DNA from: an uncultured Lichenihabitans sp.
Lineage (GTDB): Bacteria; Pseudomonadota; Alphaproteobacteria; Rhizobiales; Beijerinckiaceae
Length of the DNA stretch: 53,065 nucleotides
Assembly (NCBI GenBank): GCA_964249275.1
Contig: CAXUCF010000001.1
Location: 1-53,065, forward strand
Direction: 5' to 3'
Part shown: positions 1 through 8,131 of the stretch, piece after piece
Numbering within the stretch: the stretch's first letter is position 1
How the letters are laid out: each line of letters begins with the position of its first letter
The notes under the pieces: model-generated
Databases searched by the model: none
Told to the model about the DNA's origin: nothing
The model's input: only the letters and a program-made list of their open reading frames with translations
Program-made: the position numbers and the translations under genes

Positions 1-749
1 AGCTTGATGAACTCCGCCGGGTTGGTCTTGAAGTAGTCGATGGCCTTGTAGACGCCGATCAGGAAGTGCTTGTACTTGTCCGGATTGGCCTTGAGGTCGT
101 CCTGCCGGACGATGAACACGTCCGTGATGTAGCCGGGATACTTCTCCGAGCTGACGATCTCCAGCGGCTTGCGGGCCGTGTCGGTCTTCAGCGCCTGTGA
201 CAGGTAGGGCTGGTAGGTGGCCACCGCCGCGATCGAGAGGTCGGTAAAGACCGCGACCGTGTCGCCGGTGGCGATCTCCTTGAGGTTCAGGTCCTTGAGG
301 GTCAGCCCGGACTTCTTGAGCTCGAGCTGCAGCAGCAGCCGCGCGGGGATGTTGAGCTCGGAGGCGACCGTCTTGCCCTTGAGGTCGGCCACGCTCTTGA
401 CCGAGCCGTCCGCGATCACGCCGTCGCCGCCGAGCGACTCGTCGATGGTGCCGATGAGCACGCCGGGCGTCTTCTCGTTGCGCGGGCGGCCCTGGTATTC
501 GCCGACCGTGCGCATGTCCATCTCGATGTCGCCGCGGTCCATGGCGGCCATCACGTCGGCGCGCTCGTCATCGAATTTGAGGTCGACGGTAAGGTCCATG
601 GCCTTGAAGTAGCCGAGGTCGCTGGCGACGAAGACCGGCGCATAACCCGACCAGGTCGGCGAAAGGATGCGGATCGTATCGGCGGCCTGCGCCTGGACAG
701 CCGAGAACAGGCAGGCCGCGACGGCCGCGGAGGCCAATGCACGCTTCAT
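1..749 (-). CDS. NitT/TauT (SsuA/THI5-like) ABC transporter substrate-binding protein, 3' end beyond window start
   Basis: Not in ORF track because it has no stop in the window. Hand translation from ATG at 749: MKRALASAAVAACLFSAVQAQAADTIRILSPTWSGYAPVFVASDLGYFKAMDL..., i.e. a signal peptide plus a W-x-G-Y-x-P...GYF motif. Later 'SVADLKGKTVA'. G-rich RBS-like sequence upstream. Confidence 0.85.
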   Translation of the reverse strand, partial: MKRALASAAVAACLFSAVQAQAADTIRILSPTWSGYAPVFVASDLGYFKAMDLTVDLKFDDERADVMAAMDRGDIEMDMRTVGEYQGRPRNEKTPGVLIGTIDESLGGDGVIADGSVKSVADLKGKTVASELNIPARLLLQLELKKSGLTLKDLNLKEIATGDTVAVFTDLSIAAVATYQPYLSQALKTDTARKPLEIVSSEKYPGYITDVFIVRQDDLKANPDKYKHFLIGVYKAIDYFKTNPAEFIK

Positions 750-856
750 CAGGTCGTCCCCCGTGGATAGGAGGCCATGCTCGACCAGCGCGCCTTGGCA
801 AGATAGCAAAATTAATCGAACGTTGGATCGAGAAACGCCAAACTTCGCGAGGGTCG

Positions 857-1897
857 ATGCGACGCTTGGACACGATCGACCTGCGCCTCCTGCGCGTGTT
901 CATCGCGCTGGTGGACGCGCGCGGCTTCGCGGGCGCGCAAATCACCTTGAACCTGTCGCCCTCGACCCTCAGCATGCATCTGAGCGGTCTCGAGAAGCGG
1001 ATCGGCGGGCAGCTTTGCGTGCGCAGCCGCAAGGTCTTCCGCCTGACCGACCTCGGCCAGGCCACCTATAACGCGGCAACCAAGCTGTTCCTCGACATCG
1101 ACGAGTTCCGGCATCGTGTCGGTGCGGCGAGCGGACGGCTGACGGGGCGCCTGCGGCTGGGCATCGTGGACGGCGTGATCTCGAGCGCCGTCATCGGCCT
1201 GCAGCATGCCATCCGCCGCATGCTGGAGCCCGATTTCGACGTCTTCGTCGATCTCGTCCAGGCGACGCCCCTGGAACTGGAACAGGCCGTCGCCGAAGGC
1301 CGCCTGGACGTCGTCGTGGGTCCCTTCTCCCAGCGCGCGCCGGGGGTGGTCTACAAGCCGGTGTTCCGGGAGGCGCATCGGCTCTATTGCGGCCACGGCC
1401 ATCCGCTGTTCGACCTGCCCGACAAGGCGATCAGCCGCCGCCAGATCGAGACGGCGCGACTGTCGGTGCGCGGCTATCGCCAGCTCGAGGACCTGTTCCG
1501 GATCGGCCACCCGAAGGCTGCCGCCTCCGTGCTGCAGATGGAAGCGCAGACGATGCTGATCCTGTCGGGGCATTATCTGGGCTTCCTGCCCTGCCATATC
1601 GCCGAGCGCTGGGAACAGAGCGGCGAGCTGCGGGCCATCCAGCCGCGCACATACGCCTTCGAGTCGCAGCATTTCCTGGCCTACCGGCGTGCAGCGGACA
1701 AGGTCCCGGTGATCGCCGCCTTTCTCGCCAGCGTCGCGTCTTCCTCCACGTCGGGAGTGCCGGACCGCTCGGCCCAGAAGCTCGTCCAGGGCGACCGGCA
1801 GCTCCCGCGCGCGCTGGCCGGCGTCATGAAGAAAGGCGTTGCCGACCGCCGCCGCGGTGCCGACGAAGCCGAAAACCTTGACAGCCGCGACCCTTAG
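857..1897 (+). CDS. LysR-family transcriptional regulator with aberrant C-terminal read-through extension
   Basis: N-terminal LysR HTH (DLRLLRVFIALVDARGFAGAQITLNLSPSTLSMHLSGLEKRIG) and substrate-binding domain. Likely start is ATG 857. Divergent from the SBP gene. The last ~50 aa are the antisense of an XDH remnant. Confidence 0.92.
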   Translation: MRRLDTIDLRLLRVFIALVDARGFAGAQITLNLSPSTLSMHLSGLEKRIGGQLCVRSRKVFRLTDLGQATYNAATKLFLDIDEFRHRVGAASGRLTGRLRLGIVDGVISSAVIGLQHAIRRMLEPDFDVFVDLVQATPLELEQAVAEGRLDVVVGPFSQRAPGVVYKPVFREAHRLYCGHGHPLFDLPDKAISRRQIETARLSVRGYRQLEDLFRIGHPKAAASVLQMEAQTMLILSGHYLGFLPCHIAERWEQSGELRAIQPRTYAFESQHFLAYRRAADKVPVIAAFLASVASSSTSGVPDRSAQKLVQGDRQLPRALAGVMKKGVADRRRGADEAENLDSRDP

Positions 1898-1978
1898 CGG
1901 ATTGATCTACGGATCGGCTCGGCCGCAGTCGATGGCGTCGGTACCCGGACTTACAGGGACGGGATATTCATCGAAATT
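1772..1978 (-). pseudogene. Degenerate C-terminal remnant of a xanthine dehydrogenase/aldehyde oxidase molybdopterin subunit (YagR/PaoC-like)
   Basis: Minus-strand translation NFDEYPVPVSPGTDAIDCGRADP*INPLRVAAVKVFGFVGTAAAVGNAFLHDAGQRARELPVALDELLG follows the family C-terminus (..EY.VP...NPLG.KG.GE.G..G.AAA..NA..HATG.R.R.LP...D.LL). In-frame TAG at 1907-1909. Confidence 0.7.
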
Positions 1979-2202
1979 TGATTTTAATTATTCGGCCTGG
2001 GTTGTGGGCTGCAGAACGGAACTGGACAAGCTTCTCGAAATGTTTGCAAGCGAGTCTCTTCGGGCCGGTCAGGTGAAAGGCCTGGCCGCTTCTCTACTGC
2101 CCGTTCTCCAGAGCAGCCATTCTGCTCTCGGCCAGTTCTTGCCATTCCAAGCGATTTTCGTGCGGCCTCATGGAGGCGCGCTACGATCGCGATCGATGCA
2201 CC

Positions 2203-3396
2203 TCAAGTCCCGGCAAGCCCCTCGACGGTCTCGGCCTGAAGCGGAGAAACCCTCCGCAGCTCGGCCACGAACCAGTCCATGACGCCGAGGAAGCTATCCA
2301 TCGCGTCGGGAACCGTGAGCACCGCGAGCCGGAGCTGCGGCCGCTTGCTGATCGTGTCCTCGCCGAGCGCGATGCCGTCGATCTCGTTCAGTCGCCGGCG
2401 CAACTCCTCGCGGCGTGAGATCTCGCCGAAAATCGGACGACCCACCAAGTACTGAAACGTAAAGTTGATGGCGCCGTCGGTCCAGATCCGGAATGGCCCC
2501 GGAACTGTGACTGTGCCGACCTGGAACTCCGGCATCATCGACCCCCAGCGCGGGTTGCTGTTGAAGTCGACGCGATCGGCATTGCGATTGATCCAGGAGA
2601 TTAGCTTGCGGGCGGCCTCGACCACGGCAGGCTCGGCGCGGCTCTCCATGTCGGCGAGCAGACTGTCTTCGGTCCAGGCGCGCTTCGGCAGGGCAGGGCG
2701 GTTGGCCGTGCCTTTCTTCTGTATGGCGTCCTGGGTCTGGCCGAGCACGATCGGCACGAGGGTCTTCAAGCCCTGGCCCTCGTACTGGCGCAGCTCGATC
2801 GCCAGCACCTCCGCCGGCTGCATTTGCCGGTTGAGGAACTCGACGATGCGGCGCAGTTCCGAGGGGATGCGGTCGGCCACGAACAGCAGGCGGATGCGAC
2901 CGGCCGTGAGATTGGTCCTCACCTGCTCCTAGAAGCCGTCGGGATCGCCGTCCGGACCGATCAGCCGGCCGAGGGCGGCCCCGGGCTCGTCGCCATCGGC
3001 CATGCACCGCGCCGCGAACCTGGCCCTCAGCTCGTCGACGGGCCAGTGCAGGATCGAGTTGGAGGCGTAATCGAGCATCTGTCCCACGACCTCGCGCCGG
3101 ATGCGGGTGTCGGTGCCGCGCTTCACCTCGACCAGGGTCGGGATGCCGTCCTGGTCGAGGAACAGGTGATCGAGCGACCAGCGGCCGCCGCCGCCTTCCT
3201 CAGAAGCGATCGCCTGCTCGCGCGCCACGAGGATGAAGCGGCCCGGGCTCTCGCTGTCGATCTGGTCGCCCGCGAGCAGTTCCGGAAAGGACGCGAGCAG
3301 GCGCTGGAAGTCGTCCTCGGAGGCGAAGCTCGCGGCCTGCATGGCCACGAGCGTTGTTTCGTCTCTCAGCACGAAGACGCCGGTTCCCGTATTCAC
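2203..3396 (-). pseudogene. PD-(D/E)xK (NucS/RecB-like) nuclease-domain protein interrupted by one in-frame TAG
   Basis: ORFs 2929-3396 and 2203-2922 are in the same frame, separated by TAG-GAG-CAG (..DPDGF*EQVRTNL.., probably TGG->TAG). Motif LDHLFLDQDGIPTLVEVKR...VVGQMLDYA gives D..ExK plus QxxxY. Confidence 0.8.
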
Positions 3397-3482
3397 AGCT
3401 CACCCTCTCGCGCGGGCCGAGCCGAACCGCAGCTGGGTTCGGGATAACGGGCGTCGAGCGAAGCCCGCTTCGGCATGGCGGT

Positions 3483-3510
3483 ACACTTGCGAAGTGTGCT
3501 TCGTAGTCAA
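3483..3510. promoter_or_regulatory. Candidate operator for the XRE regulator (controller-box-like)
   Basis: Palindrome ACACTT-GCG-AAGTGT (3483-3497) followed by a weaker second site (GCTTCGTAGTC), lying between the divergent nuclease and XRE genes. Confidence 0.4.
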
Positions 3511-3539
3511 GTCCAAGGCCCACAGCCACGCTTTGGGTC

Positions 3540-3884
3540 ATGGCGGATGAGCTGAGACGACGGCTGGGGCTGACCGTGCAGGCGGCGCGGCGCAGGGCAG
3601 GGATGACCCAGGAGGGCCTGGCAGGGCTGATCGGGCGCACGCCCGAGAGCGTGTCGAACATCGAGCGAGGCTTGCAGCTTCCCACGCTCGAGACGTTGGT
3701 GGACCTCGGCCGCGTCCTGGCTGTGCCGCTGGTCGACTTCCTCGAGGGGCTCGACGCGTCTCTGCCTCTGACGCACGAGCGGGCCCAGATGGAGGCTCGT
3801 TTGAGGGAACTCGCCCGTGGGCTCACCGACCGCGACCTCAAGGTAGCCATCGCACTCACCGAGGCTATGGCCGAGCGGTCATGA
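3540..3884 (+). CDS. XRE/Cro-C1 HTH transcriptional regulator (R-M controller-like)
   Basis: LGLTVQAARRRAGMTQEGLAGLIGRTPESVSNIERGLQLPTLETL is an HTH_3 pattern. Lies upstream of hsdM. Confidence 0.88.
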   Translation: MADELRRRLGLTVQAARRRAGMTQEGLAGLIGRTPESVSNIERGLQLPTLETLVDLGRVLAVPLVDFLEGLDASLPLTHERAQMEARLRELARGLTDRDLKVAIALTEAMAERS

Positions 3885-4187
3885 GTGGTGGCAGGGCAGG
3901 GAGGTCCGTGATCGCCGCCCCGGTGTGGTCAGGTCCGCGGAGATCCGAGAGCCCGAACACCCATCGGCAATGGCCTGATGTTGATCCTTTGCGGACCTTC
4001 GGAAGGTTTGCTCCCGGGCGAGCGCCGCCAGCCTCATGCGCTCTCCTTGAACGTCATGTTGCGGCCTGAAGCTTGGCAGGTCAGCTGATCCATCCCTATG
4101 GTGCCATGATCGGCGCGGCATCCGACGAAAGGGCCTCGTCGGTGCGGGAGGCACGCGCGCCAGTCGGCGCCGCAGGGCGGGATGTGC

Positions 4188-6168
4188 ATGCGCGAAGGCG
4201 ACCTCAACTGGATCGCGAACTTCATCTGGGGTATCGCCGACGACGTCCTGCGCGACCTCTACGTTCGCGGCAAGTACCGCGACGTGATCCTGCCGATGAC
4301 GGTGCTGCGCCGCCTCGACGCCGTGCTGGAGCCGACCAAACCCGCTGTCCTGTCGATGAAGGACAACCTCGACAAGGCCGAGGTCACCAACCAGGACGCC
4401 GCCCTCCGGCAAGCGGCCGGGCAGGCCTTCTACAACGCATCGCGCTTCAACCTGCGCGATCTGCGCAACCGCGAGCCAATCACAGCTCAAGGCCGACTTC
4501 GAGGCCTACCTCGACGGCTTCTCGCCGAACGTTCAGGAGATCCTCGACAGTTTCGAGTTCCGCAATCAGGTCCCGCGCCTGTCGAAGGCAGACGCGCTCG
4601 GCACCGTGATCGCGAAGTTTCTCGACCCGTCCGTCAACCTCGGCCCCGCGCCGGTGCTGAACGGCGACAAATCCGTGAAGCATCCGGGCCTCGACAACCA
4701 CGCCATAGGCACGGTGTTCGAGGAACTGGTGCGCCGCTTCAACGAGGCCAACAACGAGGAGGCCGGCGAGCACTGGACGCCGCGCGACGCCGTCAAGCTC
4801 ATGGCGCGGTTGATCTTCGAGCCGGTCGCCGACCGGATCACCTCCGGTACGTACCTGCTCTACGACGGCGCCTGCGGCACCGGCGGCATGCTGACCGTGG
4901 CCGAGGAGACCTTGAAGGCCCTCGCCGCCCAGCGCGGCAAGCAGGTCTCGACGCATCTCTTCGGGCAAGAGATCAACGCCGAAACCTACGCCATCGCCAA
5001 GGCCGACCTGCTGCTCAAGGGCGAGGGCGAGGAGGCCGACAACATCGTGGGCGGGCCGGAATAATCGACGCTGGCGCACGACGCCTTCCCGTCGCGCGAG
5101 TTCGACTTCATGCTGTCCAACCCGCCCTACGGCAAGAGCTGGAAGGGCGACCAGGAGCGCATGGGCGGCAAAGCCGGGATCAAGGACCCGCGCTTCCTGA
5201 TCGACCACGATGGCGACCCCGAATACAGCCTCGTCACGCGGTCCAGCGACGGGCAGATGCTGTTCCTGGCCAACATGCTGTCCAAGATGAAGCACGGAAC
5301 GACGATGGGGAGCCGCATTGCCGAGGTGCACAACGGCTCGTCCCTGTTCACCGGCGACGCGGGCGGCGGCGAGAGCAACGTCCGGCGCTGGATCATCGAG
5401 AGCGACTGGCTGGAGGCCATCGTGGCGCTGCCGCTCAACATGTTCTACAACACCGGCATTGCCACCTACGTGTGGGTGCTGAGCAACCGCAAGCCGGCCC
5501 ATCGGCGCGGCAAGATCCAGCTCATCGATGCGACGGCGTGGTCGCGGCCGCCGCGCAAGAATCTCGGCAAGAAGAACTGCGAGTTAGGCGACGCCGACAT
5601 CGAGCGCATCGTGAGCGCCTTCCTGGCCTTCGAGGAAACCGAGCAGTCGCGCATCTTCGACAACGCCGCCTTCGGCTATTCCAAGGTGACGGTCGAGCGG
5701 CCGCTGTGCGCCACGGGCATCGACGCGGGGCACGTCCACACACCGAAGGAGATCAAGATGCTGAAGGAGCAGGGCCGCGTCTCGGAAGCCGGCGTGCCTG
5801 TGGTCCGGCGCATCCACAGATCCGGCAAGGTGGCGGTGGACCCGCTGCGCGGCCTGTTCCCGATGACGGTCGACGGCCGGCGCTGCGTCGTCGAATACGA
5901 GCCGGACGGCGACTTGCGCGACACCGAGACGGTGCCGCTGACGGAGCCCGGCGGAATCGAGGCCTTCATGCGCCGCGAGGTGCTGCCGCACGCGCCCGAC
6001 GCCTGGGTCGACGAGGCCAAGACGGCGGTGGGCTACGAGGTCAGCTTCACCCGCTATTTCTACAAGCCGCAGCCCCTGCGCTCGCTGGAGGAGATCCGCG
6101 CCGACATCCGGGCGCTGGAGCGCGAGAGCGAAGGGCTGATGGCCGACATCATCGGGGCGGCGCGATGA
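4188..6168 (+). pseudogene. hsdM: Type I R-M methyltransferase subunit, disrupted (frameshift ~4470-4476, TAA at 5062-5064)
   Basis: N-terminus LNWIANFIWGIADDVLRD.YVRGKYRDVILPM; motif I YDGACGTGGML; motif IV SNPPYG. The frame changes at cgcgagc (LRNR/..SQLKADFEAYLDGFS). ORFs 4606-5064 and 5110-6168 share a frame across the TAA. Confidence 0.92.
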
Positions 6169-7507
6169 TCGACGGACTGCGCCCCTATGCGGAGATGAAG
6201 GCGACTGGAGTCGATTGGCTTCCGGTTCTGCCAGACGGCTGGCAGATTCGGAGGGCAAAATACTCCTTCCGTGAAATCGATGATCGGTCGGAGACCGGGG
6301 GCGAGGAGCTTCTCTCTGTATCGCACAAGACTGGCGTAACGCCTCGGAGCCAGAAAAACATCACGATGTTCATGGCCGAGAGCTATGAAGGTCACAAGGT
6401 CTGCCGCCCAGGCGACATCGTGGTCAATACGATGTGGGCGTGTATGGCCGCGGTCGGCGTCAGTCGTCACGCTGGCATAGTCAGCCCGGCCTACGGGATC
6501 TACCGCCCACGATCCATCGATCATTTTGAGTCGAGATTTCTCGACTATCTCCTTCGTACTGAAGCATACCGTGCGGAGTACCTGCGCAGTTCGCAAGGCA
6601 TCACGACATCAAGCTAAGGCTTTACCGTCCTGATTTTCTAAATATTCCATTTGTCCAGCCGCCGCTCGACGAGCAGCGACTCATTGCGCGCTTTCTGGAT
6701 TGGCACGGGGCGCAGACGGTAGCTATGATCCGCGTGAAAAAGAAGCTCATTGCACTGTTGAATGAGCAGAAACAAGCAGTCATCAATGGTGCTATTGCTC
6801 GTGGGTTCGATATGAATCTCGCGCTCCGGTCCTCTGGTGTTCTCTGGCTAGGGAAAGTACCCGCCAGATGGGCCGTGAAGCGGCTTAAGTGGGTGACCCG
6901 ACTTCAGCGTGGCTATGATTTGCCGGCAGACAAACGGATCACAGGACCTTACCCCGTAGTTTCATCAGGGGGAATCATTGATCGACATGTCGACCGAAAG
7001 GCTTGCGCCCCCGGAGTTGTGATGGGACGATATGGTTCTACTGAAGCTGTGTTTTATCTCGAAGAGGATTATTGGCCTTATAACACTTCCTTGTTCGTGA
7101 GCGATTTCCAAGTAAATCTACCTCGATGGTGTTTTTATCTGCTCAAAACGATATCGAAAGCAGATCATTCCGGTAAAACAGCCGTGCCAGGGGTCGACCG
7201 AAAAGACCTCTTCGACATTATGGTACCACTCCCCACCTTTGATGAGCAGGTCGAGATTGTGCGCGGCATCGAAGAACGTACGCGAGAGATGAACAAATCG
7301 CTAGATGAAGTCGAAAGGGAAATCAGCCTCATACAGGAGTTCCGCACGCGCCTGATCGCCGACGTCGTCACCGGCAAACTCGATGTCCGCACCGCTGCGG
7401 CCAGCCTGCCCGACACCGCCGACAGCGGCTCGGTTGACGAACCGACCGAAGAGGAAGACATCGACGAGGCCGCCGAAGCGTTCGAGGACGAAGAGATCGC
7501 CGCCTGA
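6165..7507 (+). pseudogene. hsdS: Type I R-M specificity subunit, frameshifted at ~6612-6617
   Basis: ATGA overlap with the hsdM stop. TRD1 ends at ITTSS*; shifting frame restores LRLYRPDFLNIPFVQPPLDEQRLIARFLD, which continues into ORF 6725-7507 (KKLIALLNEQKQAVI...PTFDEQVEIV...EFRTRLIADVVTGKLDVR). Confidence 0.9.
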
Positions 7508-7577
7508 CTCTGTCCTTTTCGCCGCGCGCCGCTATGATGGCTCAACCGGCAATCACGTCCCAGTCGGGAGGCGAGGG

Positions 7578-7802
7578 TTGAGCGAACTCCATCGGATCAC
7601 CGTCGACCCTGGCCAGTGCGGCGGCCGGCCCTGCCTGCGGGGCTTGCGCATCCGCGTGCGGGACGTGCTGGACCTACTGGCCGCCGGCGCCGACCGCGCC
7701 GAGGTCTTGGCGGACCATCCGCTGCTGGAGGACGGCGACATCACCGCGGCGCTCGAATATGCCGCGCGGCAGAGCGACCATCCGGTGCTGCGCGTGGCCT
7801 GA
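7578..7802 (+). CDS. DUF433 antitoxin (VapB45-like)
   Basis: TTG start after GGGAGG. RITVDPGQCGGRPCLRGLRIRVRDVLDLLAAG...DITAALEYAA is the DUF433 pattern. Confidence 0.88.
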   Translation: MSELHRITVDPGQCGGRPCLRGLRIRVRDVLDLLAAGADRAEVLADHPLLEDGDITAALEYAARQSDHPVLRVA

Positions 7803-8131
7803 TGCGCTTCCTGGTCGACGCGCAGCTGCCGCCGGCCCTGGCCCGCTGGCTCGAAGCGGAGGGACATGCGGCGGCGCATGTCGGCGACCTCGGGATGCAG
7901 GCGGCGGGCGACGTCACCATCTGGGACCACGCACGGGCGACGTCCGCCGCGATCGTCACTAAGGACGAGGACTTCGCGCGGCGCAGAATGTCGGCCGCGG
8001 ACGGGCCTCCCGTGGTCTGGATCCGGCTGCCGAACACGCGGCGGCGCAACCTGCTGGCCTGGTTCGCGGCGGTGCTGCCGGACGTGCTGGCCGCGCTGGC
8101 GCGCGGCGAAACGCTGATCGAGGTCACATGA
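7802..8131 (+). CDS. DUF5615 PIN-like toxin (VapC45-like)
   Basis: MRFLVDAQLPPALARWL...D.TIWDHA...AIVTKDEDF, with the acidic PIN residues present. TGATG coupling to the antitoxin and ATGA coupling to hsdR. Confidence 0.88.
   Translation: MRFLVDAQLPPALARWLEAEGHAAAHVGDLGMQAAGDVTIWDHARATSAAIVTKDEDFARRRMSAADGPPVVWIRLPNTRRRNLLAWFAAVLPDVLAALARGETLIEVT

Noticed and set aside
2929-5064. Programmed stop-codon read-through or recoding (TAG 2929, TAA 5062)
   Set aside because: The two stops differ, they co-occur with frameshifts in the same island, and no suppressor tRNA or recoding signal is seen. Decay is simpler.
4182-6617. 811-aa ORF that looks like an HsdM-HsdS fusion
   Set aside because: Artefact of the hsdM frameshift: ~95 aa of HsdM, then an off-frame Arg/Gly-rich stretch that happens to be in frame with the hsdS start.
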